Notes under the pieces: generated by a model | What the model was told of the DNA's origin: nothing | Database searches by the model: none | What the model saw: only the letters and a program-made list of their open reading frames with translations | Shown: positions 47,959-57,000 of the stretch, piece by piece | Position numbering within the stretch: position 1 is the stretch's first letter | Layout of the letters: each line of letters opens with the position of its first letter | Program-made: the position numbers and the translations under genes | NCBI GenBank assembly: GCA_963748625.1 | Contig: CAVVJT010000007.1 | Span: 1,088,001-1,152,000 of the forward strand | Direction of reading: 5' to 3' | Length of the DNA stretch: 64,000 bases | Origin: an uncultured Chloroflexia bacterium | GTDB lineage: Bacteria; Chloroflexota; Limnocylindria; Limnocylindrales; CSP1-4

Positions 47959-49348
47959 ATGACCGACCTGCCGCCGACCACCGACGCGACCGTGCCGTCC
48001 TTCGACGAGGCGGTCGAGCCGGCCGTGGTCGATCCTAACCCGGTCGCGACGGATGTGGTCGAACCCACCGTGGTCGCCCAGCCGAAGTCCCGCAGTCGCG
48101 TCCCGGCGATCATCGCCGTGTCCCTGCTGGCCGTACTCGCGGGCACCGCGCTGTTCTTCTCCGGCTGGACGATGGGCCGCCACGCCGCGCTGACGCCCGG
48201 CACCCCCGTGGACGAGGCCGAGGCCTTCCAGCCGTTCTGGGACACGTGGCGAGCCGTCACGGAACGCTACGCCGGGCAGCGAGGTCGACCGGAAGAAGCT
48301 GATCGAGGGCTCGATCAAGGGGATGATCGGCGCGCTCGAAGACCCGTACTCCATGTACCTCACGTCCGACGAGTTCAAGGCGACGCTGCGCGACATCTCC
48401 GGCGAGTTCGAGGGGATCGGCGCCACCATCGGCACCGTGGACGCCACGGGAGCCAGCGCCGGCTGCACCGATCTTGGGCCGGACTGCCGCATGGTCATCG
48501 TCGCGCCGATCAAGGACTCGCCCGCCGACAAGGCCGGTCTCGAGCCCGGCGACATCGTGATTGCCATCGACGGCACCCCGGTTGCCGGCCAGACGCTCGA
48601 CGAGGCGCGCTCGAAGGTGCGCGGGCCGAAGGACACCGCGGTCGTGCTTGCGATCGAGCGCGACGGCGCCGCCCCAGTCGACATCGAGATCGTGCGGGCC
48701 GTGATCATCTCGCCCGAGGTGGAGAGCAGGGACCTCGCCGACGGGAAGGTCGGCTACATCCGCCTGTCGGGCTTCTCGGACCATGCGGCAGACGAGCTGG
48801 CGCGCGTCGCGGGCGAGGACGTCAAGGACGGTAAGGAGGCGCTGATCCTCGACCTGCGCGGCAACCCGGGAGGGTTCGTGACCGCCGCCCGCTCGATCGC
48901 CAGCCAGTTCCTGGCCGACGGCACGGTCTTCTGGGAGGAGGACGCCGACGGGAACCTCCAAGAGACGGTCGCGGAACCCGGCGGCAGCGCCACGGACACG
49001 GCCATTCCGCTGGTCGTGCTGGTCGACGGGGGGTCGGCGTCGGCGTCGGAGATCGTTGCGGGCGCGCTGCAGGACCGCGGCCGCGCGAAGCTGGTGGGCA
49101 CGAAGACCTTCGGAAAGGGCACGGTCCAGCAGTGGACCCAGCTCGAGGAGGACAGCGGCGGCTTCCGGCTCACCGTCGCCAAGTGGCTGACGCCCGACAA
49201 GACCTGGATCCACAAGGCGGGCATCACCCCCGACGTGATCGTGGACGAGGTGCCCGCGAAGCCGGGCGACGACCCGGTGCTCGAGAAGGCGCTCGACGTG
49301 CTGGGCTTCGGCGAGCCCGCCGGTTCGGCCCTGCGCGCCGCCGCCTGA
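47959..49348 (+). CDS. ctpA: S41A carboxyl-terminal processing protease (CtpA-like), extra G at 48274-48276
   Basis: N-terminal TM and FWDTW..VTERY in one frame; +1 frame has LEDPYS, FEGIG (PDZ), DLRGNPGG, SASASE, KTFGKG. Confidence 0.88.
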
Positions 49349-49375
49349 GCTTGAGCCAGCGCACAAACTGCGGGC

Positions 49376-49405
49376 TTGCCAACCTCGCACATCGTCGGGT
49401 AGGGT
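49376..49405 (+). promoter_or_regulatory. Putative sigma70 promoter
   Basis: TTGCCA (49376-49381), 18 nt spacer, TAGGGT (49400-49405). Confidence 0.55.
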
Positions 49406-49410
49406 TCGCG

Positions 49411-49545
49411 CAGACGAAAGGAGGTGATGTGCAGTGATCGACAGTAGTAGTTGCTGCACCACCTCGGCGGAGATCGTCGCCTAGAGACGATCCGGCCGGG
49501 TGGTCGGTAGCAATCGGACGCCGGTCCAGCGATGGGCCGGCGTTC
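49411..49545 (+). ncRNA. Candidate structured small RNA or leader containing a 16-codon ORF (49434..49484, MIDSSSCCTTSAEIVA)
   Basis: Promoter upstream, AAAGGAGGTGAT, two stems and a terminal 13 bp GNRA hairpin; see findings. Confidence 0.55.
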
Positions 49546-49553
49546 GTGCGTCC

Positions 49554-49585
49554 GGGACCCGGGGTGCCCGGGACCCGGGGTGCCC
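49554..49585. repeat. 16 bp tandem duplication
   Basis: GGGACCCGGGGTGCCC twice. Confidence 0.85.
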
Positions 49586-49692
49586 GCGACCAGCGATGCG
49601 GGCCCGGAGTGCCTGCATCAGTGCCTCGGACCCGGAACCCGGACCTCCATGCGAAACTGACCCCCCACACGCTCACCCGAGGAGACGCCGCC

Positions 49693-50154
49693 ATGGGCGA
49701 GACCATCGCCCAGAACCGAAGAGCCCGCCACGACTACAGCATCGAGGACACCTTCGAGGCGGGTATCGTGCTGCGCGGCACCGAGATCAAGAGTGTCCGC
49801 GCCCACAAGGTGAGCCTGGCCGATGCGTACGCGCGGATCGAGCGCGACGAGGCCTGGATCATCGGCCTGCACATCGCTCCGTGGGAATCGACGGACCTCC
49901 GCTTCAACCACGAGCCCAAGCGCGCGCGGAAGCTGCTCCTCCACCGGCACGAGATCGACGAGCTGTTGGGCAAGACGAAGGCGAAGGGCCTCACGATCGT
50001 GCCCCTCGCGCTCTATATCAACGACCGCGGCAGGGCGAAGATGAACCTCGGGCTGGCCAAAGGCAAGCAGACGTGGGACCGCCGCCGCGAGATCGCCGAA
50101 CGGGACGCCAAGCGGGACATGGCACGCCAGGTCGCGGACGCCCGGCGGCGCTAG
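49693..50154 (+). CDS. smpB: SsrA-binding protein
   Basis: IAQNRRARHDY, EAGIVLRGTEIKSVR, RKLLLH, AKGK..WDRR; GAGGAG RBS. Confidence 0.98.
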   Translation: MGETIAQNRRARHDYSIEDTFEAGIVLRGTEIKSVRAHKVSLADAYARIERDEAWIIGLHIAPWESTDLRFNHEPKRARKLLLHRHEIDELLGKTKAKGLTIVPLALYINDRGRAKMNLGLAKGKQTWDRRREIAERDAKRDMARQVADARRR

Positions 50155-50177
50155 GCAGCCGAGGAGGCCTTCACACG

Positions 50178-51230
50178 ATGCGGCTCGCGCGGATGATCCA
50201 GGCGGTCGATGTGCACGCGGGCGGCGAGCCCGGCCGGGTCGTGGTCGGCGGTGTCCTGGACGTTCCGGGAGCCACCATGTTCGAGAAGGCGCAGCACCTC
50301 GAGCACCACGCCGACACGCTCCGCAAGATGATGCTCAACGAGCCGCGCGGCTATCCGGCCCTCTGCGCCAACGTCATCCTCCCGCCGACCCACCCCGATG
50401 CCGACGCCGGCTACGTGATCATGGAGCACGTCGAATACCCGGGGATGTCCGGGTCGAACACGATCTGCGTCGCCACTGCGCTGCTCGAGACGGGCATGCT
50501 GCCGATGACCGAGCCCGTGACCGACATCACGCTCGAGGCGCCGGCCGGCCTCATCCGCATCCGGGCGACCTGCGAGAACGGCAAGGTCACCGGGGTCACG
50601 TTCCGCAACGTGCCGGCCTTCGCCACCCACCTCGATGCCGTCGTCGAGGTACCGAACCTGGGCACGGTCACGGTGGATGTCGCCTACGGGGGCATGTTCC
50701 ACGTCATCGCGGACGCGGAGGCCCTCGGCTTCCGCATCACGCCCGACGAGGGCGCCGACATCACCCGCATCACCGAGATGATCAAGGCCGCCGCCGCCGA
50801 GCAGCTCCCGGTCGTCCACCCGGACCAGCCCGGGTTCGCCGGCATCACCATCGGCCAGGTGAGCGGCCCGCCGCACGACCCGCGCAACTCGTGGCGCAAT
50901 GCCACCACGGTGTCCACCCGCGCCTTCGCATGGGACAACCCTTCGACCTGGACCGGCGTCCTGGACCGGTCCCCGTGCGGCACGGGCACCTGCGCCAAGA
51001 TGGCCGTCCTGCACGCGAAGGGCGAGCTCAAGGTCGGTGAGGACTTCCGCCACGAGAGCATCATCGGCTCGGTGTTCACGGGCCGCCTCCTCGAGGAGAC
51101 GCGCGTCGGCCAGTACGCCGCCGTCGTGCCCGAGATCACCGGAACGGGCTGGATCTATGCGCTCAGCTCGTACGTGGTGGACCCGACCGACCCGTTCCCC
51201 GAAGGCTTCACCGTCGGCGACATCTGGTAG
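50178..51230 (+). CDS. Proline racemase-family protein (Ser/Cys catalytic pair)
   Basis: HAGGEPGR, EPRG, MSGSNT, DVAYGG, DRSPCGTGT, DPTDPFPEGF. Confidence 0.92.
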   Translation: MRLARMIQAVDVHAGGEPGRVVVGGVLDVPGATMFEKAQHLEHHADTLRKMMLNEPRGYPALCANVILPPTHPDADAGYVIMEHVEYPGMSGSNTICVATALLETGMLPMTEPVTDITLEAPAGLIRIRATCENGKVTGVTFRNVPAFATHLDAVVEVPNLGTVTVDVAYGGMFHVIADAEALGFRITPDEGADITRITEMIKAAAAEQLPVVHPDQPGFAGITIGQVSGPPHDPRNSWRNATTVSTRAFAWDNPSTWTGVLDRSPCGTGTCAKMAVLHAKGELKVGEDFRHESIIGSVFTGRLLEETRVGQYAAVVPEITGTGWIYALSSYVVDPTDPFPEGFTVGDIW

Positions 51231-51438
51231 CGACCTCCACAGTGGCGCGGCTCGCGACCGAGACCCCCGGATGGACGCGGAGTCCATGGATCCGCGGTTC
51301 GGGCTGCGCTCGGATAGCCGTCAGGCCCCGTGCCGGCCGATTCGTGGACGGCGCGTCCCGGAATCCGCCGCCAGGAGGCAACCGGCGGGTCGGCGCCGAG
51401 GGTTCATGGACGCAGCGCCCATGCGACGCGACGGAGCC

Positions 51439-51494
51439 CCTACCCGTCGAGGCCTACCCGTCGAGGCCTACCCGTCGAGGCCTACCCGTCGAGG
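51439..51494. repeat. Perfect 14 bp tandem repeat x4
   Basis: CCTACCCGTCGAGG at 51439, 51453, 51467 and 51481; the last copy holds the stop codon of the minus-strand GNAT. Confidence 0.95.
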
Positions 51495-52132
51495 CCGATA
51501 AGCCTCCGCACCGGGCCGAGCCCATCGACCGAGATCGGCTCGCCGCGGACGAGACCGTCAGGCGTCAGCACCAGCTGCTGGTTCTCGGCGAGCTCGCCAC
51601 GCCGGACCATGCGAATACGCCCGTTGTCCACGTAGCCCACCTTCCGGCTCACCGCGAGCGAGGCCGGGTTGTCCAGGAACGCGCCAGAGTGCACGACCTC
51701 CGCGCCGAGGTGGTCGAACAGGAACGCGCAGATCGCCTGGCGCATCGCGGTCCCGATTCCGTGGCCCTGGTGCGCAGCTCCCAGCCACGAGCCGGTCTCC
51801 CCGGTCCGCGTGACCAGGTAGTCGCGCGTGAAGAACCCCTGTGTCCCAACGACGACGCCCTCCCAGCGCACGACGAAGTCCAGCGTCCAGCGCTCCCGGG
51901 AGAACGACGCGCGGTTTCCCCAGTGGTACTGCGCGAACCGCAGCGGCAGCTCGTCGGCGGGGGCGTCCGTCCAGGGCACCGCGAACGGCATCCGCTCCGG
52001 CGGGTGGATCCCGGCCAACGCGAGACCGACCAGCGCCGCGATGTCGTCATCCGCGATGCCGCGCAGCTCCAGCGGCCCCGCGGTGATCCGAAGCCCGAGC
52101 ACCGGGAACAGGTCGGTCGGCGACAAGCCCAT
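51482..52132 (-). CDS. RimJ/RimL-type GNAT acyltransferase (Rv0802c-like)
   Basis: LRITAGPLELR, MPFAVPWTD, ETGSWLG..HQGHGIGTAMR, DNPASLAVSRKVGY. Confidence 0.88.
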   Translation of the reverse strand: MGLSPTDLFPVLGLRITAGPLELRGIADDDIAALVGLALAGIHPPERMPFAVPWTDAPADELPLRFAQYHWGNRASFSRERWTLDFVVRWEGVVVGTQGFFTRDYLVTRTGETGSWLGAAHQGHGIGTAMRQAICAFLFDHLGAEVVHSGAFLDNPASLAVSRKVGYVDNGRIRMVRRGELAENQQLVLTPDGLVRGEPISVDGLGPVRRLIGLDG

Positions 52133-52140
52133 GACGAGGC

Positions 52141-53859
52141 CTACCGCAGCAGGTACCGGCGGCTCAGCGGCACCTCGCTCACGGCCTCTGCCGCCAGCGC
52201 CCGCCCGCCCAGGGACACCGCGCCCGTCCGCAGGTCGATGTCCACCGGCGCCACCGCCCGGTTCGCGACCAGCGACGACCGCGTGACCCCGCGCATCCCT
52301 TCGGCCACCACCAGCTCCCGCCGCGTCCCAAGCCACCGCGCCAGCGCCTCGCGATCCACCCCCGACGCCACGAACATCACCGCCGACTTCGGCGCCGCCG
52401 TGGACACCCCGCCCCAGTCCGCCCGGTAGCGGGTCGGCTCCGACCGCTCGACGGTCGAGTTGCCCTCGCCCAGCGCGCCCCAGGCCGGGAACCCGCCCTT
52501 GAAGATCCACTCTGGCTTGACGCCGAAGAACGCGGGCGACCACAGCACGATGTCGGCGAGGCGCCCCACCGCGAGCGTTCCCACGTGCGCCGCCACACCG
52601 TGCGTGATCGCGGGCTCGATGGTGATCTTGGCCAGGTACTGCAGCACGCGCGCCGTGTCGTCGCGGTCGTCCGGGTCGCGCAGGCCGGGATCGTCCGGCA
52701 GGCCGGGGACGCCGTACGCCCGCTCGGACCTGCGCCATGCCTTCATGACATGGGCCAGCTGGAACGTGCGCCTGAACGTCTCGCCGATACGCCCCATCCC
52801 CTGCGAGTCCGAATTGACGATCTGGATGGCGCCCAGCTCGTGCAGGGGCCCCTCGGCCGCCATCCGCGCTTCCAGCACCCGCTCCCGGACCAGCGCGACG
52901 TCCTCGGGCACCGCGAACGAGAGCCCGTGGTTCAGCACGACCATTGGCACGTGCTCCACCGCGCAGTGCACCCCGAACGGCAGCGTGGGCGTCGTGGACG
53001 AGCACAGGATCGACGGCTCCCGGACCAGTCCCAGCAGGTCCGGCACGTGGCCGCCACCCGTCCCCTCCACGTGGTAGGCATGGACCGTCCGCCCGGCGAT
53101 CGCCGCGACCGTGTCCTCGAGCTCCGCCGACTCGTGCAGCCCGTCGGTGTGGAGGCTCACGGACACGTCGCGGGCGTCGGCGTAGCGCAGGACATGGTCG
53201 ATGATGTCCGGGTAGGCGCCATTGTCCTCGTGGATCTTGAAGCCGATCGCGCCGACCTCCACCATCGCGTCGAGGTGGGAGGATTCGGCGGCCCGGGCAC
53301 CCGCCTGCATGCCGATGTTGATCGGCCAGGCCTCGAGGCCGGCCAGGACTCGCTCCATCGCGAACGGCGGCTCCTCGAAGCCCGCCGTGATGAAGGTGGT
53401 GACGCCGCCCGCCAGCGCCGGGGCCAGGAGCTCCGGGTCGATGGTATGGACGTGCGAATCCACGGCGCCCGGTGTCGCGATCAGCCCGTACGCCATGTAC
53501 GACTTCGTGTGCGGACCCACGACCAGGTCGATGCCGTCGCTGATGGCCGGGCTGCCCGACCGCCCGATGCCCGCGATGCGGCCGTCCTTGATGCCGATGT
53601 CGGCCTTGACCACCCCGATGACGGGGTCGATGACGAGCGCACCGCACAGGAGGACATCCAGCTCGGACGGGCCCGACGCCTCGTCCCACTGGGCCTGGCG
53701 GGAGCGGAGGTTCTTGGCGTAGCCCCAGATGGGCTCGTCGCCGGGGGAGGATCGGTCTTCGGCCACGCGGACCCACAGGTCGGTGTCGCCCAGCCGGATG
53801 CGGTCTCCGGTGGTGGGGCCATAGCGGGCCCGGTACTCGGCGCCGGAGATGCGGGTCAT
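52141..53859 (-). CDS. ureC: Urease alpha subunit homologue (divergent)
   Basis: YGPTTGDRIRLGDT, DSHVH, FKIHED, HTD, HVEGTGGGH.PD, SDSQGMGR, final LSRRYLL. Confidence 0.88.
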   Translation of the reverse strand: MTRISGAEYRARYGPTTGDRIRLGDTDLWVRVAEDRSSPGDEPIWGYAKNLRSRQAQWDEASGPSELDVLLCGALVIDPVIGVVKADIGIKDGRIAGIGRSGSPAISDGIDLVVGPHTKSYMAYGLIATPGAVDSHVHTIDPELLAPALAGGVTTFITAGFEEPPFAMERVLAGLEAWPINIGMQAGARAAESSHLDAMVEVGAIGFKIHEDNGAYPDIIDHVLRYADARDVSVSLHTDGLHESAELEDTVAAIAGRTVHAYHVEGTGGGHVPDLLGLVREPSILCSSTTPTLPFGVHCAVEHVPMVVLNHGLSFAVPEDVALVRERVLEARMAAEGPLHELGAIQIVNSDSQGMGRIGETFRRTFQLAHVMKAWRRSERAYGVPGLPDDPGLRDPDDRDDTARVLQYLAKITIEPAITHGVAAHVGTLAVGRLADIVLWSPAFFGVKPEWIFKGGFPAWGALGEGNSTVERSEPTRYRADWGGVSTAAPKSAVMFVASGVDREALARWLGTRRELVVAEGMRGVTRSSLVANRAVAPVDIDLRTGAVSLGGRALAAEAVSEVPLSRRYLLR

Positions 53860-54476
53860 GCGCCTGCCCCCGCGTCGGTGCCGGCGCCGATCGTCCCTGC
53901 GTAGCGCACCAGCCGCACCGTCTTGGTCTCGCCGGGATCCCAGCCGACGTACGCCCCCGACGGGATGTCCAACCGGAAGCCCCGGGCCGCATCCCGGTCG
54001 AACTCGAGCCGGTCGTTGGCCTGGTGGAACGGGTAGTGCGAGGAGATGCGGACAAGTCGCTGCGACCGCGACGTGACCTCCAGGACGAGGGTGTCACGGC
54101 CCACGTTGATCTCACGGTCGCCGTCGTCGCCCATCACGAGCGCGCCCGGCCCGAAGGGATCAGCCGGCTGGCCACGGTCGAGCGGGTCGAGGAGCACGAT
54201 GAACCGCGCACCGTCACCCATGAGGACCTCCAGGCGCACCTCCGAGAGGAGCGCACGCACGCCCGGCAGCACCTCGTGCGGCTCCACGGCAGAGCGCCCG
54301 ACCGCCTCCACCTGCTCGTACGTCGCGCCGGCGCGGGCGGCCTCGAGCATGGCGTCGCAGATGACGGCGACAGCTTCGGGATGGTTGAGCAGAAGCCCGG
54401 CTGTCCGATGGCGGCGGGCGAGCTCGGCGGCGGCGAACAGTTGGAGGCGCTCCTCCTCCCACGGGATCATGCGCAT
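53856..54476 (-). CDS. ureAB: Urease gamma/beta fusion subunit homologue
   Basis: AAELARR...LNHPEA (gamma) fused to SHYPF...GFRLDIPSG...PGE (beta). Confidence 0.88.
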   Translation of the reverse strand: MRMIPWEEERLQLFAAAELARRHRTAGLLLNHPEAVAVICDAMLEAARAGATYEQVEAVGRSAVEPHEVLPGVRALLSEVRLEVLMGDGARFIVLLDPLDRGQPADPFGPGALVMGDDGDREINVGRDTLVLEVTSRSQRLVRISSHYPFHQANDRLEFDRDAARGFRLDIPSGAYVGWDPGETKTVRLVRYAGTIGAGTDAGAGA

Positions 54477-54557
54477 TGCGGCATGGTAGCGAAGGGCCCG
54501 GGAACCGGGGGTGCGCCGCGACCGTCCGGGCGGTGCGTCCACCGCCGGGAGAACCAC

Positions 54558-55910
54558 ATGCGCCGCTCCATCGTTCTCATCCTGACCGCCGCGCTGGTGG
54601 CCGGCTGTTCCGGTGCCACGCCGACGATGGGGCCTGCCTCCCCGACGACGGGGCCGACCGCGCAGCCCACGGGCCCGGCGGAGCCGACCGCGCAGCCAAC
54701 CACCCCAGGCGACGACGGCATCGAGCTCGCCAAGGCCGACGTCGCGCGGTTGAGCACCACATCGGATGACGCCTCGGCCGCCGGCACCGCCGTCAACGCC
54801 TTCGGGCTCGACCTGTACAAGCGCATCGTCGCTGCCGACCCCGACGCAAACGCCGTCTTCTCGCCCGCCTCGATCGCGCTCGCGCTGGCGATGGCGCGCG
54901 CCGGGGCGAAGGGCGACACGGCCGCCGAGATGGACGCCGTCATGCACAACCTCGGCACCGATGCGAACGCCGCCTGGGTCGCCGCCCTGGACGCCTCGCT
55001 GAACACGAAGACCGCGACCTTCAAGGACGCCATGGGGGAGCCGGCCAAGGTGACCCTGCGGTCGGTCAACGCCCCCTTCGCCCAGCGCGACTACCCATTG
55101 GAGACCGTGTATCTCGAGGCGCTCGCGGAGCGCTTCGAGGCTGGGCTGCGCCAGGTGGACTTCGTCGGCGACCCGGAGGCCTCGCGTGGCGCGATCAACG
55201 CCTGGGTCAACGACCAGACCGAGGCCCGCATCCCGGAGCTCCTGGCCGAGGGGACCATCGACGAGGCCACGCGCCTCGTGCTCGTCAACGCGATCTACCT
55301 CAAGGCCCCGTGGAACGAGCCGTTCTTCGAGGAGGCCACCCGAGACGAGCCGTTCACCCGCCTCGACGGCTCGCAGGCGACCGTCCCGATGATGCACGGG
55401 GGCGGCTATCACCCCTACGCCGAGGGCGACGGCTGGCAGGCCGTCCAGCTGGGCTACGCCGGCGACGGCCTCGCGATGCTGGTGATCGTCCCCGAGGACC
55501 TAGTGGCGTTCGAGGCGACGCTCGACGGGGCGGCCCTGGACCGGATCGCTGCCTCGATGGACACCGTCGACGTGAGCGTCGGGCTGCCCAGGTTCAGCGT
55601 CGAGACGGCGCTGGACCTCGGTGACACCCTTGCTGCCCTGGGCATGCCCGCGGCCTTCGACCCCGGTTCCGCCGACTTCTCGGGTATGACGACGGCCGAC
55701 CGCCTGTACATCGGCAAGGTCGTCCACCAGGCGAACATCGACGTGGATGAGAAGGGGACCGAAGCCGCAGCTGCCACCGCGGTGGCGATGGCGGCCGGCG
55801 CCGCGCCAGGCGAGCCGAAGGTGCTCCTGGCCGACCAGCCGTTCCTGTACGCACTGCGCGACGTGGACAGCGGCGCGATCGTGTTCCTGGGCCGCGTCAC
55901 CCAGCCGTAG
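54558..55910 (+). CDS. Serpin-family lipoprotein
   Basis: Lipobox LVAGC; NAVFSPASI, LVNAIYLKAPW, VPMM, LPRF, hinge VDEKGTEAAAAT, ADQPF, VFLGRV. Confidence 0.93.
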   Translation: MRRSIVLILTAALVAGCSGATPTMGPASPTTGPTAQPTGPAEPTAQPTTPGDDGIELAKADVARLSTTSDDASAAGTAVNAFGLDLYKRIVAADPDANAVFSPASIALALAMARAGAKGDTAAEMDAVMHNLGTDANAAWVAALDASLNTKTATFKDAMGEPAKVTLRSVNAPFAQRDYPLETVYLEALAERFEAGLRQVDFVGDPEASRGAINAWVNDQTEARIPELLAEGTIDEATRLVLVNAIYLKAPWNEPFFEEATRDEPFTRLDGSQATVPMMHGGGYHPYAEGDGWQAVQLGYAGDGLAMLVIVPEDLVAFEATLDGAALDRIAASMDTVDVSVGLPRFSVETALDLGDTLAALGMPAAFDPGSADFSGMTTADRLYIGKVVHQANIDVDEKGTEAAAATAVAMAAGAAPGEPKVLLADQPFLYALRDVDSGAIVFLGRVTQP

Positions 55911-55937
55911 ACACCCCGACCGCGTTGCCGGAGCGCG

Positions 55938-56255
55938 TCAGCGACGGCGAAGGATCTCGCGGGCCAGCCTGCCCCACGCCAGCGCCGTCCACGCCACAAG
56001 CAACGCGACGACGAGGACCGCAGCCGGCACCGGCAACGACGACTGCGTCAGCCACAGCCCGATGCAGATCGGGAGGAACAGGATCCAGGCGGCCGCCGCT
56101 CCAACGAGCCCGAGGCCCCCGATCCACGCCCATGCCTGGTCGAACAGCGCGCCTTCGCCCGCGAGGCCGATGGCGGCCCCAACCCAGAGCACCGCGAACA
56201 CGCCCGACGCCCACGCACCGAGCACAAGCGAAGCCTTCCGCCCGCCATCACGCAT
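55938..56255 (-). CDS. Small hypothetical membrane protein
   Basis: About 3 hydrophobic segments, Trp-rich; starts 3 nt after the upstream stop. Confidence 0.65.
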   Translation of the reverse strand: MRDGGRKASLVLGAWASGVFAVLWVGAAIGLAGEGALFDQAWAWIGGLGLVGAAAAWILFLPICIGLWLTQSSLPVPAAVLVVALLVAWTALAWGRLAREILRRR

Positions 56256-56258
56256 GGC

Positions 56259-56888
56259 TCAGGGCGCCTCGGGAAGGGGGATCGAGACAAGCACCCTCGT
56301 CCGGCTTTGCGCCATGACCTTGTTCGTGAGCACGAGCTCGATCTGCGAGAAGCCGATCGTCAGCCGGGCCAGGCGCCCATCGAGGATCGTGGCCTGGCGT
56401 GCGTCCACGGAGGGCACGCTGTGGCGCGCGAGCGTGACGTGCCAGCCGTCGCCCGTGAGGCCTCGTCCGGGCAGCGTCTCGCGCAGGTCCCAGGCATCGG
56501 CCAGCCGGATCCGGAGCGCCCGGAGCGCAGGTGCGGGGGTGACGCGGGCAACCGTCGCGCAGCGCGTGGCCATGACACCGCTCACGGTGGACGACCAGTC
56601 GCCTGCCTGCCGCACCGCTCGCCCGATGTCCGCCACCTCGTCCGCGATGTCCGCCCGCTGGACGGACGTGGCGGTCGCATCCAGCACGGTCGCATGGAGG
56701 GATGCCGTCGGGTAGAGGTGCAGGTCGGGACGCTTCATCGCGAGGTGGCCAAGCTGGTGCACGAGGCGCTGGGCGTCGGCCTCCCGGACCCGCAGGACCA
56801 CCGTGAGGATCGTCGCCGGGGCATCGGGGTCGACGTTGGGGCAGGGCGGAACGGTCCAGGACGGCATCGGCATCGCGCAACAGAGCAT
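56259..56888 (-). CDS. 2H phosphoesterase-like protein
   Basis: Two HxT motifs (LHATV, WHVTL) about 85 aa apart; start uncertain. Confidence 0.6.
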   Translation of the reverse strand: MLCCAMPMPSWTVPPCPNVDPDAPATILTVVLRVREADAQRLVHQLGHLAMKRPDLHLYPTASLHATVLDATATSVQRADIADEVADIGRAVRQAGDWSSTVSGVMATRCATVARVTPAPALRALRIRLADAWDLRETLPGRGLTGDGWHVTLARHSVPSVDARQATILDGRLARLTIGFSQIELVLTNKVMAQSRTRVLVSIPLPEAP

Positions 56889-57000
56889 GGCACGGCCGAT
56901 CCCTGCGCGCCCCCGAGGTTGGTCGGGCTGGCTGGCGACGTCAGCCGCGGAGGTCGTTCGACCGCCGGCGCCTTCTGGGCCGCCGGCGCCGCCCGCTACA

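Noticed and set aside
49500-50177. N-terminal extensions of ORFs 49500..51230, 51482..54115, 53856..55412, 54024..55910, 38321..39760 and 38860..40941
   Set aside because: They overlap other real genes; family motifs and RBS or -10 signals support the shorter starts used above.
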